The notes: generated by a model not told the origin, from the letters alone. 64,000 nucleotides of DNA from an uncultured Candidatus Saccharibacteria bacterium (GCA_964531785.1 CAZHFF010000001.1:293997-357996), one strand, 5' to 3'. Shown: positions 1-9,796, counted from the stretch's first letter. Program-made: numbers and translations.

Positions 1-1
1 C

Positions 2-280
2 AGTGTTCCGGGCAGGGAACGAGAGCCGTCCTCAGAAACGTATGATGTTACCGGAAGCTTGTGCGAGAACAATGACAAGTTCGCTATCGATCGTAAGCTG
101 CCCACGGTCGAGCTGGGTGACCTTGTCATTATTCACGACGCCGGTGCGCACGGACACAGTATGGGTTTCAACTACAACGGTAAATTGCGCCACGCCGAGT
201 TCCTCTACAGCGACAACGGATTTCGGATGATCAGGCGTGCAGAAACACTGGACGATCATTTTGCGACGCTTGTATCGTGA
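2..280 (+). CDS. lysA: diaminopimelate decarboxylase, C-terminal fragment (5' end outside window)
   Basis: The frame is open from the window edge to TGA at 278-280. YDVTGSLCENNDKF...GDLVIIHDAGAHGHSMGFNYNGKLRHAEFL matches the C-terminal region of fold-type III PLP decarboxylases of the LysA type. Confidence 0.7.
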   Translation, partial: SVPGREREPSSETYDVTGSLCENNDKFAIDRKLPTVELGDLVIIHDAGAHGHSMGFNYNGKLRHAEFLYSDNGFRMIRRAETLDDHFATLVS

Positions 281-311
281 ATCCGGTCGCTCAGGGACGA
301 AAGGACACCTC

Positions 312-1493
312 CTACCGCGTATCTTTGAGCTGCGTGGCGCTGTATATCCCGAGGGTGAGGATGCCTGCCAGTATGAACCAGAGCCACGAGAGGGGTACGA
401 ACAGGAGTGCGAACGAGGCGCTGAGGGGGCCGAGGATGTATGCGAGCGGTTGCTGCATGCGGAAGAAACTGATCGCGTCGGCGTCCGTACCCTTGGTGTG
501 CTTGAAGAAATAACTTTCCGTCATGATCTCGATCAATGCCGAGCCGATACGGGTCACGAACAGTGTTGCCGCCAGGACAAGGAACGTGGCGGACCCTAGG
601 AACGTGAGCAGTCCGGTCGAAAGGACCACGATCACGAATCCAGCGATAAGCATCTCCTTCTCGCCGAGCCATCGGTCCGCGATCACTCCCGCAGGGTACT
701 CGATCAGGAGGTATGGGGTAAGCATGATGGTGAACATGAGCCCGATCTCCGGCCAACTGAAGCCAAGCTGCGAATGCAGGTAAATGGGCATGTAGACGAC
801 CATCCAGGAGAAAAAGAACCGCATTAAGAACTGGGTGCTGTACGCGTGGCGCACGGTACCTGCCGCAAGCACCGCTTTGATGGTGCGCCGGAGGGAGAAC
901 GTTCGGTATACGGGGTCAACGAACTCATTGAACCGACTGGCGATGATGATAAAGAACGGTGCGAGGAACAGCGCTGCGACTAGGTACACGAGCGCGTACC
1001 TGCTGGACGTGCCCGCGAGGACGCCGGAGAGCGAAGCTGATAGGAAACATGCGCCCGTGCTCATCGTCAGAAAGATACCACGAGTGTTCCCAGTGTGCGC
1101 TTCGTCTCGCTGCAGGGTCTCCAGGAATATGTCGAGCGAGAACAGTATGACCGGAGACAGGATCATGCTTGCACCAAACAGGGCAAGTAGCATACCCGGG
1201 TCTGTTTGTGTCGCCAGTCCAATGAATATGGCGAATTGGAACGCTATCGCCCACAGCACCGATCTATAGTTGCCGAGACGCTGGAGCACGAGCGACACCA
1301 TACCGAGCGCAAGAAGCGCGAGGGCGGAACCTATTGAGAACACAACACCTACATACTCCGCAGGGAGTATCGTTGAGAGAAAGCTCGAGTTGATGTAGTG
1401 CACCACGTAGTAGTGGAGCGCAAAAAAAAGATTGGCTAAATAGAGCCACCCGAACTGCCCACTTCGACGGATGTGACGTAGTATGAACTCCAC
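312..1493 (-). CDS. MFS-type polytopic membrane transporter
   Basis: A 393-aa strongly hydrophobic ORF with many helix-length segments and a GTG start at 1493. Third-position GC bias supports this strand. The family call rests on topology and length only. Confidence 0.55.
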   Translation of the reverse strand: MEFILRHIRRSGQFGWLYLANLFFALHYYVVHYINSSFLSTILPAEYVGVVFSIGSALALLALGMVSLVLQRLGNYRSVLWAIAFQFAIFIGLATQTDPGMLLALFGASMILSPVILFSLDIFLETLQRDEAHTGNTRGIFLTMSTGACFLSASLSGVLAGTSSRYALVYLVAALFLAPFFIIIASRFNEFVDPVYRTFSLRRTIKAVLAAGTVRHAYSTQFLMRFFFSWMVVYMPIYLHSQLGFSWPEIGLMFTIMLTPYLLIEYPAGVIADRWLGEKEMLIAGFVIVVLSTGLLTFLGSATFLVLAATLFVTRIGSALIEIMTESYFFKHTKGTDADAISFFRMQQPLAYILGPLSASFALLFVPLSWLWFILAGILTLGIYSATQLKDTR

Positions 1494-1622
1494 GTAACCA
1501 GCGGTACTTATCTGTGCCGTTCTGCATGGACGGCACGGATATGACTAGGTGTTCATTGTATCGTGTTCTAGGCGTATCCGCAGCTGTGCTGTGCACACAC
1601 GGCAACGCCGCGGTCCGCTGTG

Positions 1623-3644
1623 CTAGAGTCCAAGAACCACTGGTATCACGATCGGCCGTTTATTGGTCTTTTGGAGCAGGAACCGGCCCACGGCCTCACT
1701 GATCGAGTTTCGCACGTACTCGAAGTTGACCGGGTTCATATTCTTGGTCGAATCTGCAATGGCCTTCTTCACAATGACCCGTGCTTCACCCAGGAGCTCC
1801 TGGCTTTCTCGCAGGTAGACAAAACCACGGGAAATAATATCCGGGCTCTTCCGCAGCTCACCGGTCTTGGCATTCACGGTCGCGATGATCACGAACATGC
1901 CGTCCTGCGAGAGCGTCTTGCGGTCACGTATCACGACATCTTGTACGTCACCCACTGACAAGCCGTCCACCATAACCAGCGAGTTCGGGGCCTTTACGTC
2001 GAGAACCTTCATCTCCATGCCTTCGATGAAATCGACCACCGTACCGTTGTCAGGTATGACGATGTGGTCCTTCGGGAAGCCTGCGTCGATGTTCGCCTGT
2101 GCATGGCACCTGAGCATGGAGTGATATCCGTAGCCTGGCATGAAGAACCTAGGCTTGACTTGTTCCCGGATCCACACGAGCTCGCCCGTGTTGCCGTGCC
2201 CGGTCGAGTGCACGTCACTTGCGCGATAGTGGATGATGCGCACTCCGTGGCGATACAGGTTGTCCTTCAACTTTTGGACCGAAAGTTCATTGCCTGGAAT
2301 GATCGAGGAAGAGAGGATCAAGGTGTCGCTCTCCTTAAGAGAAATATACTTGTGTTTCTTTGTCGCAATACGCATGAGCGCAGCGAACTCCTCGCCCTGT
2401 GCACCCGTGGCCAAGACCACGATACGGTCGGCAGGATAATCATTGATCTGGTCTGCTGGAATGATGGTGTCGGGCCGTACTGTGAGCCGCTTGGCCAGCT
2501 TGGCAATCTCTATGTTCGTGCGTATCGAACGGCCTTCGGTAACGATCTTCTTGTTCATCTTTTCGCACGTGTCGATGATATGGATCATGCGCTCGAACTG
2601 TGACGCGAACGTTCCGATGATGATGCGGCCCGGTATCGTGCGAATGAGCTCCTCGAGCGTTCGATGTACCACGGACTCAGGTATCGAGAACCCGGCCTTT
2701 TCCGCATTGGTGGAATCACCGATGAAAAGGATGTTGTTGCCCTTGCCGACGGCTCCCCAGACCTTCTCTTCGCGTGCGGTCGGCACCCCGTCCTCGTGCT
2801 CGAGTTTCAGGTCGCCGGAAATGACGATATTTCCGTGCTTGGTCTCGATCAAGATGCCGCACGAGTCTGATATCGAATGGGTGACCGGGAAGAAACGAAC
2901 GACCGTCTTGCCGAGCGTTACCTTGTCGGTGCGGTCCACAACGCGAATGTCCGGTTTCGGCAGGTGCGGGAACTCCTCTTGACGCTTCTTGATGAGGTAC
3001 GACGTCACCTCGGTCGCATACACCGGGGGATTGTTGAGGCGTTCTAGGATGTAGGGCAGTCCGCCGATATGGTCGAGGTGGCCGTGCGTTATGACGATAG
3101 CTCGCACTTTATCAAGCCGTTCCTCTGCGTAACGGGTATTCGGCAGAATATAGTCTATACCGGGTGACTCCTCATCAGAAATGAATTGGAACCCGGCATC
3201 ACAGATGATGATGTCGTCCGGTGTTTCGATGAGGATCATGTTCTTGCCCACCTCCTCAACGCCACCAAGGGGGATGACCCGCACGGCATTCTCGGGGACA
3301 GGAGGAACATAGCGGTCAGGTTGCTTGGCTGGGAGCTGCGGCTTGTCCCTGCGCATCGGTAGCCGGCTCTTGGCGCGCACGACCGTACGCTGGGAGGGGC
3401 GCCCGACAGTTTTCATATTGCGCGTCTTCGTGCGCGGTTTGGGTGTACTCACGGTACCAGCGTCACCCACGAACGCGTTCGACCGCGTTCTGGCGCCCGA
3501 ACGGCGTGATCGCGTAGCGGGGCCGGTCTTGTGCTCTTGCGGAACCTGCCGCGAAGAGCCTGAGGTCTCGTCGAGCGTGCGGATAGAGGGCCGACGCGAA
3601 CGTACCTGACCTTGGGTACGTCGGCGTGCATTATCATTCACCAT
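1623..3644 (-). CDS. rnj: ribonuclease J with Arg-rich N-terminal extension
   Basis: It carries the metallo-beta-lactamase motif ITHGHLDHIGG, and the beta-CASP and C-terminal domains are collinear with RNase J. The track ORF begins at TTG 3704; the first ATG is 3644 (MVNDNARRR..). Confidence 0.85.
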   Translation of the reverse strand: MVNDNARRRTQGQVRSRRPSIRTLDETSGSSRQVPQEHKTGPATRSRRSGARTRSNAFVGDAGTVSTPKPRTKTRNMKTVGRPSQRTVVRAKSRLPMRRDKPQLPAKQPDRYVPPVPENAVRVIPLGGVEEVGKNMILIETPDDIIICDAGFQFISDEESPGIDYILPNTRYAEERLDKVRAIVITHGHLDHIGGLPYILERLNNPPVYATEVTSYLIKKRQEEFPHLPKPDIRVVDRTDKVTLGKTVVRFFPVTHSISDSCGILIETKHGNIVISGDLKLEHEDGVPTAREEKVWGAVGKGNNILFIGDSTNAEKAGFSIPESVVHRTLEELIRTIPGRIIIGTFASQFERMIHIIDTCEKMNKKIVTEGRSIRTNIEIAKLAKRLTVRPDTIIPADQINDYPADRIVVLATGAQGEEFAALMRIATKKHKYISLKESDTLILSSSIIPGNELSVQKLKDNLYRHGVRIIHYRASDVHSTGHGNTGELVWIREQVKPRFFMPGYGYHSMLRCHAQANIDAGFPKDHIVIPDNGTVVDFIEGMEMKVLDVKAPNSLVMVDGLSVGDVQDVVIRDRKTLSQDGMFVIIATVNAKTGELRKSPDIISRGFVYLRESQELLGEARVIVKKAIADSTKNMNPVNFEYVRNSISEAVGRFLLQKTNKRPIVIPVVLGL

Positions 3645-3911
3645 AGAAGATTCAATACTAGAAATAAACAGTTGCGCACGCAGGACGTATGCCTCGACGC
3701 ACAACAGGATTCGGTTTTTCTGTCACTTCCCGTACACACGCGGTGCCGCGGTGCTTGGTGGAGTTACGTTACCACCACACTACCACGGTATCTTTTTTCT
3801 GCAACCTGCTCGGTGCACAGGGTAGGGCTCGGGGACTGTGCATATCGTATGCGGTTCTGTATGCTCGCGTCGGGTATACTGGGGATATTACCCTCTAACC
3901 ACTCGCTCGGT

Positions 3912-4949
3912 ATGGCTTTACGAGTAGCAATAAACGGCTTCGGGCGCATCGGCCGTTCGTTCATGCGCAATGCGCTCCTGCGCCACGATCTTGAGATCGT
4001 CGCCGTTAATGACCTTGGAGAGGTGGAGAATCTTGCGTACCTCCTTAAGTATGATTCAGCGTACGGCCGGGCCTCGTTTCCGGTAAGTACCAAGAAGATA
4101 GACTGGCGCACGGTTCTTGTTGCAAATGGTAAAGAGATACCGGTGTATCAAGAAAAGGATCCGAGCGCACTGCCTTGGAAGGAGCTCAATGTGGACATCG
4201 TGATCGAAGCGACGGGTGCGTTCACCAAGTACACAGCATCGAAGGTCCATTTGGACGCCGGAGCAAAACGTGTCGTCATTACCGCGCCAGCAAAGGGAGA
4301 GCCAAGCGAGGCAGGTATCGTGGGCGGTACTGTACTCATGGGCATTAACGAGGACCTGCTTAAGGACTGCCAGATCAGCAACAATGGTTCCTGTACCACG
4401 AACGCCGCGGCGCCCATGATCGAGATCTTGCACGAATCGATCGGCATCGAGCGCGCGATGCTCAACACGATCCATGGCTATACCGCTACCCAAGCTATTG
4501 TGGACGTGCCGGACAAGAAAGAGTGGCGACGTGGCCGTGCGGCAGCCTCGAACATCATACCGAGCTCGACCGGTGCCGCGACGGCGGTGACCGAAGTGGT
4601 GACCGACCTCAAGGGGAAGTTCGACGGCATTGCGATGCGCGTACCCGTCATCACAGGATCTATGGCCGATGTCACGTTCGTGGCGAGGCGACCTACGTCG
4701 GTCGAAGAGGTGAACGGCATCATGCGCGAGGCCGCGAACACTGATCGCTGGAAGAAGATATTCGCGGTGACCGATGAAGAGGTCGTTTCGACGGACATCA
4801 TCGGCTCCCCCTACGCATCGATCGCAGACCTTTCGATCACGCGGGTCGTCGACGGTACTTTGGTTAAGGTTGGAGCTTGGTACGATAACGAGAGCGGCTA
4901 CGTGCAGGCACTGATAGAACACGTGCTGGCGAGCGGGTCGCATCTTTAG
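3912..4949 (+). CDS. gap: glyceraldehyde-3-phosphate dehydrogenase
   Basis: MALRVAINGFGRIGR Rossmann N-terminus, catalytic NGSCTTNAAAP, and WYDNESGY near the C-terminus. ATG 3912 lies inside the longer track ORF 3612-4949. Confidence 0.9.
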   Translation: MALRVAINGFGRIGRSFMRNALLRHDLEIVAVNDLGEVENLAYLLKYDSAYGRASFPVSTKKIDWRTVLVANGKEIPVYQEKDPSALPWKELNVDIVIEATGAFTKYTASKVHLDAGAKRVVITAPAKGEPSEAGIVGGTVLMGINEDLLKDCQISNNGSCTTNAAAPMIEILHESIGIERAMLNTIHGYTATQAIVDVPDKKEWRRGRAAASNIIPSSTGAATAVTEVVTDLKGKFDGIAMRVPVITGSMADVTFVARRPTSVEEVNGIMREAANTDRWKKIFAVTDEEVVSTDIIGSPYASIADLSITRVVDGTLVKVGAWYDNESGYVQALIEHVLASGSHL

Positions 4950-4961
4950 AGGCATTCGGTC

Positions 4962-5441
4962 ATGAAGATCATCGTTGCGGCTGATCATGCGGGATTTCTG
5001 CTCAAAGGGCAGCTTGTGGAGCATCTCCGGTCACTGGGGCACGACGTGATCGACGTCGGTGCGTTCGAGCTCGATGAAGCTGACGATTACCCGGACTACT
5101 GCTATCGAGCGGTGCAAGAACTGGCTGACGACCCAGACCATGAGCGTGCGATACTGATCGGCGGATCAGGGCAGGGCGAAGCCATGGCGGCCAATCGTTT
5201 CGCCCATGTACGTGCTGCACTCTGGAACGGTACCGGCGGTACTGCAGCGGCCCGTGGCATTGACCCGGTCGTGCTGTCGCGTGAGCACAATAACAGCAAC
5301 ACACTTTCACTCGGCGCGCGCTTGCTCACGTACGAGGAGGCGCGCGACGGGGTGGATCGCTGGCTTGCCGCGCCGTTTCCTAAAGACGAGCGACACGTGC
5401 GTCGCATTGAGGCGCTTGGCTCACGCGGTGACGAACGCTAG
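4962..5441 (+). CDS. rpiB: ribose-5-phosphate isomerase B (RpiB/LacA/LacB family)
   Basis: A 159-aa ORF with MKIIVAADHAGFLLKGQLVEHL.. and GGSGQGEAMAANR blocks typical of RpiB. Confidence 0.85.
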   Translation: MKIIVAADHAGFLLKGQLVEHLRSLGHDVIDVGAFELDEADDYPDYCYRAVQELADDPDHERAILIGGSGQGEAMAANRFAHVRAALWNGTGGTAAARGIDPVVLSREHNNSNTLSLGARLLTYEEARDGVDRWLAAPFPKDERHVRRIEALGSRGDER

Positions 5442-5475
5442 GACCCAACGCGCCTTCGCGTTACACTTACATGAC

Positions 5476-6174
5476 ATGGGCACGACTTCACTTGAAACGA
5501 TCATACCCGCTATAATACCTCGTTCGTTCGAGGATCTGCAGGAGCATGTACAGTTTGTGCGCGGTGCAGTCGGTAGGGTTCAGGTCGATGTACTGGACGG
5601 TAGCTATACCAAGTCCGTCTCGTGGCCCTACGGTGGTTCTGACCGTGGCTATTTTGAAGCGCTCAAGAAAGAGGACGAAGGTTTGCCCTACTGGCAAGAG
5701 ATGGACTACGAGGTAGACCTGATGGTGCGCGATCCCGTGAGCCGAGCTGAAGAGTGGGTGCTCGCGGGCGCGGCATGCCTGATCGTGCATGTTGAAACGA
5801 CCGACAAGCTGGATGATCTGTTCGAGTATGCATACGATCGTCGCGTGGAGCTTGCGCTTGCGATGAAGCCCTCGACCGATATCGAGCTTGTCGCACCCTA
5901 CGTGACCAAGGCAGTGTTCGTGCAGTGCATGGGCAGCGACCATATCGGCATACAGGGAACGCGCCTCGAACCCAAAGCGCTCGACACGATCGCAGCACTC
6001 CGTGCGCGCTGGCCCGAGCTTGCGATAGGGGTCGATATCGGCGTCACCGAAGACACGCTCGAGTCGCTCCGGACAGCTGGCGCTACGCGGTTTGCGGTCG
6101 GGAGTGCGGTGTTCGGTGCCGGTGAGCCGAAGGTTGCCGTTGAGCGGCTCGAACGTTTGGCCGCAAGAAGATAG
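5476..6174 (+). CDS. ribulose-phosphate 3-epimerase family protein (divergent)
   Basis: TIM-barrel RPE layout: IIPAIIPRSF.., VQVDVLDG, EVDLMV, LIVHVE, IGVDIGV, AVGSAVF. ATG 5476 lies inside track ORF 5206-6174. Two canonical His ligand positions are substituted (see findings). Confidence 0.65.
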   Translation: MGTTSLETIIPAIIPRSFEDLQEHVQFVRGAVGRVQVDVLDGSYTKSVSWPYGGSDRGYFEALKKEDEGLPYWQEMDYEVDLMVRDPVSRAEEWVLAGAACLIVHVETTDKLDDLFEYAYDRRVELALAMKPSTDIELVAPYVTKAVFVQCMGSDHIGIQGTRLEPKALDTIAALRARWPELAIGVDIGVTEDTLESLRTAGATRFAVGSAVFGAGEPKVAVERLERLAARR

Positions 6175-6199
6175 GTCTTTACGAAACATTAACTATGCT

Positions 6200-7054
6200 A
6201 TGGCGCACGTAAGTGAACGAGATATTGCACGCCTTGAGCAGCACGCGGCCGAACTACGCCGGCTTGTGATCGATATCCTCGAGGATGCGGGGAGTGGACA
6301 TACGGCGGGTCCGCTCGGGCTCGCAGATATCTTTGCTGCGCTCTATTTTCATATTTTGCGCCACGATCCGGAGGATCCTGAGTGGGAATTGCGTGACCGA
6401 CTGATCCTCTCGAACGGTCATACGGTGCCGATCCGTTATGCGGCGCTTGCGCGAGCGGGGTATCTTACGGAGGCGGAAGCCAAGACGCTGCGTAAGTTCG
6501 GCTCGCGTTTGCAGGGCCATCCTGAGCGCGCACGACTTGCGGCACTTGAGACGACCTCAGGCCCGCTCGGTGAGGGGCTTTCGCAAGCGGTCGGTATGGC
6601 ACTTGCGGCACGCATGGACCGTGCGCATTGGCGCACCTACTGCATCATGTCGGACGCAGAACAGCAGTGCGGCAACACTTGGGAGGCGCTGCAATTCGCC
6701 GGCAACCGGCGCTTATCGAACCTGACCGCTATCGTCGATCGGAATAACATACAGATCGGGGGACATACCGAAGAGGTCATGCCGATCGAGCCGCTTCGAG
6801 AGAAGTACGAAGCGTTCAACTGGCACGTTCTCGAGATCGACGGACACAACATCGAGATGTTCTGTGATGCGGTCGAGGAAGCGAAAGCTATAGCAGAGCG
6901 GCCGACCATGATCATTGCGCATACCATTCCCGGTAAAGGGGTGCCAGAGATAGAGTTCGACCATAACTGGCACGGCAAAACGCCTAACAAGGAGGAGGAG
7001 CAGCGGTTTCTGCGCGACCTGCGGACGCTCAAAGGTACATTAGAGCCTGAATGA
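6200..7054 (+). CDS. transketolase, N-terminal (TPP-binding) subunit
   Basis: SGHTAGPLGLADIFAALYF, LILSNGH, SDAEQQCGNTWEAL and VDRNNIQIGG blocks. ATG 6200 lies inside track ORF 6092-7054. This is the split-gene form, followed by the C-terminal subunit. Confidence 0.85.
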   Translation: MAHVSERDIARLEQHAAELRRLVIDILEDAGSGHTAGPLGLADIFAALYFHILRHDPEDPEWELRDRLILSNGHTVPIRYAALARAGYLTEAEAKTLRKFGSRLQGHPERARLAALETTSGPLGEGLSQAVGMALAARMDRAHWRTYCIMSDAEQQCGNTWEALQFAGNRRLSNLTAIVDRNNIQIGGHTEEVMPIEPLREKYEAFNWHVLEIDGHNIEMFCDAVEEAKAIAERPTMIIAHTIPGKGVPEIEFDHNWHGKTPNKEEEQRFLRDLRTLKGTLEPE

Positions 7055-7074
7055 TCGGTGGGTAACCAATTATC

Positions 7075-8076
7075 ATGATAAATCCAGAACAACAGCTTCA
7101 GTTCGATGTATGTACGCCAGAAAAGCTGGAACTTCGGGCTGTGCGGGACGGCTTCGGACAAGGCCTCGTTGAGCTTGCCGGGTATGACGAGCGCGTGGTC
7201 GTCCTCTGTGCCGACGTTGCAGAGTCGACACGTGTTCAGGCATTCCGTGAACGGTTCCCGGATCGGTACATCGAGGTTGGTGTTGCCGAGCAGAACATGG
7301 CGGGAATCGCGTCCGGCCTTGCCGCGAGCGGAAAGCGACCGTTCATCGTGAGCTACGCGGTGTTCTCGCCCGGGCGTAACTGGGAACAGATACGGACGAC
7401 GATCGCTCTCAATGATGTCCCGGTCGTGATCGTCGGTATGCATGCCGGGGTGTCGGTCGGTGAGGATGGCGCAACGCACCAGGCGCTCGAGGACATTACC
7501 TTGATGCGCGTGCTCCCGAACATGCGCGTCATAGTCCCAGCTGATGCGGAGGAGGCCCGCAAGGCCGTGCATGTGTCGGTCGCACAAGCGCAACCAACCT
7601 ATTTGCGCTGTGCGCGCGAACGTACGCCGCTGTTCACGACCGATCTGTCGCCTTTTTCGATCGGTGTCGCTGAGTACCTGTACCTGCCCGAGGACCCGGA
7701 CGTTGTGCTGATCGGTGCTGGTCCTATCCTTCACGATGCTATTTTAGTCGCATGCGCACTTGGAACCCGTGGTGTGCGGGCCTCGGTGTTGAATGTTCAC
7801 TCGATAAAACCCATGGACATCAGTAGAGTGCTTGAAGCACTCCAACACGCAGGTGCCGCAGTGACCCTTGAGGACCACCAGATCCTTGGTGGACTAGGGA
7901 GCACGATCGCGGAGATCGCCGTGCAGAACCGTCCTGTGCCGATCGAGATGGTCGCGGTGCACGACCGGTTCGGCCAATCCGGCAAACCCCATGAGCTCCG
8001 CGGTGAGTATCGACTGGACCGGGCAGCGATAGAACAGGCGGTCCACCGAGTGCTTGAACGTAAGCGCAGCCTTTAA
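7075..8076 (+). CDS. transketolase, C-terminal (pyrimidine-binding plus C-terminal domain) subunit
   Basis: GVAEQNMAGIASGLA and GEDGATHQALEDITLMRVLPNM are typical of the transketolase middle domain. It lies directly downstream of the N-terminal subunit. Confidence 0.85.
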   Translation: MINPEQQLQFDVCTPEKLELRAVRDGFGQGLVELAGYDERVVVLCADVAESTRVQAFRERFPDRYIEVGVAEQNMAGIASGLAASGKRPFIVSYAVFSPGRNWEQIRTTIALNDVPVVIVGMHAGVSVGEDGATHQALEDITLMRVLPNMRVIVPADAEEARKAVHVSVAQAQPTYLRCARERTPLFTTDLSPFSIGVAEYLYLPEDPDVVLIGAGPILHDAILVACALGTRGVRASVLNVHSIKPMDISRVLEALQHAGAAVTLEDHQILGGLGSTIAEIAVQNRPVPIEMVAVHDRFGQSGKPHELRGEYRLDRAAIEQAVHRVLERKRSL

Positions 8077-8114
8077 GCATGCGGCAAGCATTTGCTGCGT
8101 TCTGGTAATACATT

Positions 8115-8123
8115 TGCTATACT
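8115..8123 (+). promoter_or_regulatory. extended -10 box TGcTATACT, 6 nt upstream of frr ATG
   Basis: tttGCTATACTgcacgtATG read directly. No SD is present. Confidence 0.5.
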
Positions 8124-8129
8124 GCACGT

Positions 8130-8678
8130 ATGTACAATTTTACTGAACTTAAACGTAAGATCGACGAGACTGCAGAACACCTGCGTGGAGAGCTTGCGGG
8201 CATTCGTACCGGCCGTGCAGCACCTGCGCTTCTTGATTCAGTGCGCGTCGATGCCTACGGCAGTCCGATGCCGATCGTCCAAGTGGGCAACGTTATTGTT
8301 GAAGATGCCAGGACCCTGCGTATCACGCCCTGGGACCATGGTCTGTTGAAAAGCATAGAAAAGTCGCTCGAGGATGCTGACCTTGGCGTGTCGGTCGGTA
8401 GCGATGAGCGCGGCGTGCGGGTCACGTTCCCTGAGCTCACGAGCGAACGTCGAGAGAAGCTTATCAAGCTCACCAGGAGCAAGCTCGAGGACGCGCGCGT
8501 GGCGCTTCGTCAGCACCGAGACCATGTCTGGACCGCGATCCAGGAGGATCAGAAGAGTGGTGAGCTGACCGAGGACGAGAAGTTCAGGAGCAAGGAAGAG
8601 ATGGAGAAGCATATCCAGGAGGGTAACCGCAAGCTTGAAGAACTCGCTTCAAAGAAGGAAGAGGAGCTTAAGGCCTGA
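8130..8678 (+). CDS. frr: ribosome recycling factor
   Basis: A 182-aa ORF with LRGELAGIRTGRAAPALLD, LRITPWD and LTSERREKL blocks of RRF. Confidence 0.9.
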   Translation: MYNFTELKRKIDETAEHLRGELAGIRTGRAAPALLDSVRVDAYGSPMPIVQVGNVIVEDARTLRITPWDHGLLKSIEKSLEDADLGVSVGSDERGVRVTFPELTSERREKLIKLTRSKLEDARVALRQHRDHVWTAIQEDQKSGELTEDEKFRSKEEMEKHIQEGNRKLEELASKKEEELKA

Positions 8679-8686
8679 TCTGCACC

Positions 8687-9796
8687 ATGTCGATACTTCT
8701 CTTCTTCGTGGTGCTCGTGGTACTCATACTCGTCCATGAGCTTGGCCACTTCGCGGTCGCGAAGTGGTTCGGTATCCGGGTCGACGAATTCGGCCTGGGC
8801 TTTCCGCCAAAGCTCTTCGGAAAACAGTATGGTGAGACCGAGTACACGCTCAATGCACTCCCTATTGGGGGTTTTGTACGTATATATGGCGAGGACCCGA
8901 CCCAGGAGCACCTCGAAGGACCGGATCGTGATCGGAGTTTCGTGAATAAGCCCAAGCTCGCACAGGCAGCGGTGCTTGTTGCTGGTGTCGCCATGAATGT
9001 GCTCCTCGCATGGCTCCTGTTCACGATGGGCTTCCTTTTCGGTATGCCGACCGCGCTCTCGCCTGAGGAAGCAGCCGGGCGCGCTGATGCTCGTCTCCTT
9101 GTGACTAATGTGATGCCGAACAGTCCTGCTGCAGAGGTGCTTCGTCCGAGCGATCAGATAGTGCGTATCAAGACGCCAGAGCTTGTTCTTGAGTCACCTG
9201 AAGGTCCGCTCATGCCTGAGGAAGTTGCCGCGACCATCGCTGCTTCAGAAGGTGCACCTATCGAGGTCAGGGTGTTGCGACGCGACGAGACCGTTGACCT
9301 TACGGTCACTCCGGTGCAGGGGATCATCGAGTCAGAACCCGAACGCTACGCATCAGGCTTCAGCATGTCGCTCGCTGGCAAGGAGGTCCTGCCGCCGCAT
9401 AGAGCCGTGTATCAAGGTGCCTTGATGACGCTCGGCATGCTCAAAGAGGTCGCGATGGGCCTCTTTGCGCTCGTTGCTGGTGCGGTGAGCGGTACCGCGG
9501 ACCTATCCCAGGTCTCAGGGCCGGTCGGTATCGTTGGTCTGGTGGGGGATGCTGCGTCGCTCGGTTTTGCGTACCTCATCACGTTCACCGCATTCATCTC
9601 GCTCAACCTTGCCATCATTAACCTCCTGCCATTTCCGGCGCTCGACGGCGGGCGGCTGCTCTTTGTGGCTATAGAGAGCGTCACGCGTCGTCCCATCCCG
9701 CTTTCGCTTGCGAACGGGCTCAACACCGTAGGATTCTTTGCGCTCATCTTGCTCATGGCGATCGTCACCTGGAACGACGTCGCTCGGCTCCTGTAA
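8687..9796 (+). CDS. rseP: RIP site-2 metalloprotease (M50, RseP-like)
   Basis: HELGHF zinc motif in the first TM helix, a PDZ-like middle region, and C-terminal NLLPFPALDGGRL. Confidence 0.85.
   Translation: MSILLFFVVLVVLILVHELGHFAVAKWFGIRVDEFGLGFPPKLFGKQYGETEYTLNALPIGGFVRIYGEDPTQEHLEGPDRDRSFVNKPKLAQAAVLVAGVAMNVLLAWLLFTMGFLFGMPTALSPEEAAGRADARLLVTNVMPNSPAAEVLRPSDQIVRIKTPELVLESPEGPLMPEEVAATIAASEGAPIEVRVLRRDETVDLTVTPVQGIIESEPERYASGFSMSLAGKEVLPPHRAVYQGALMTLGMLKEVAMGLFALVAGAVSGTADLSQVSGPVGIVGLVGDAASLGFAYLITFTAFISLNLAIINLLPFPALDGGRLLFVAIESVTRRPIPLSLANGLNTVGFFALILLMAIVTWNDVARLL

Noticed and set aside
3612-3911. N-terminal extensions of track ORFs. Examples: gap from 3612, rpe-like from 5206, tktN from 6092, proS from 9738, mreD-like from 12787, greA from 14981, dnaG from 36211, mnmA from 47183.
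   Set aside because: The track takes the most upstream ATG/GTG/TTG. Homology begins at internal ATGs, the extensions overlap upstream genes or promoters, and several internal ATGs are preceded by a -10 box at leaderless spacing.
4056-5024. Long antisense or out-of-frame ORFs opposite well-supported genes. Examples: 4056-5024(-), 6637-7734(-), 30541-31530(-), 36448-37536(-), 41776-42759(-), 58003-58884(-), 61511-62317(-), 61929-62792(-).
   Set aside because: These are typical shadow ORFs of high-GC DNA. Their translations are Arg/Ser/Pro/Ala-rich and low complexity, with no recognisable motifs. Each is fully covered by a gene with strong homology on the other strand or frame.
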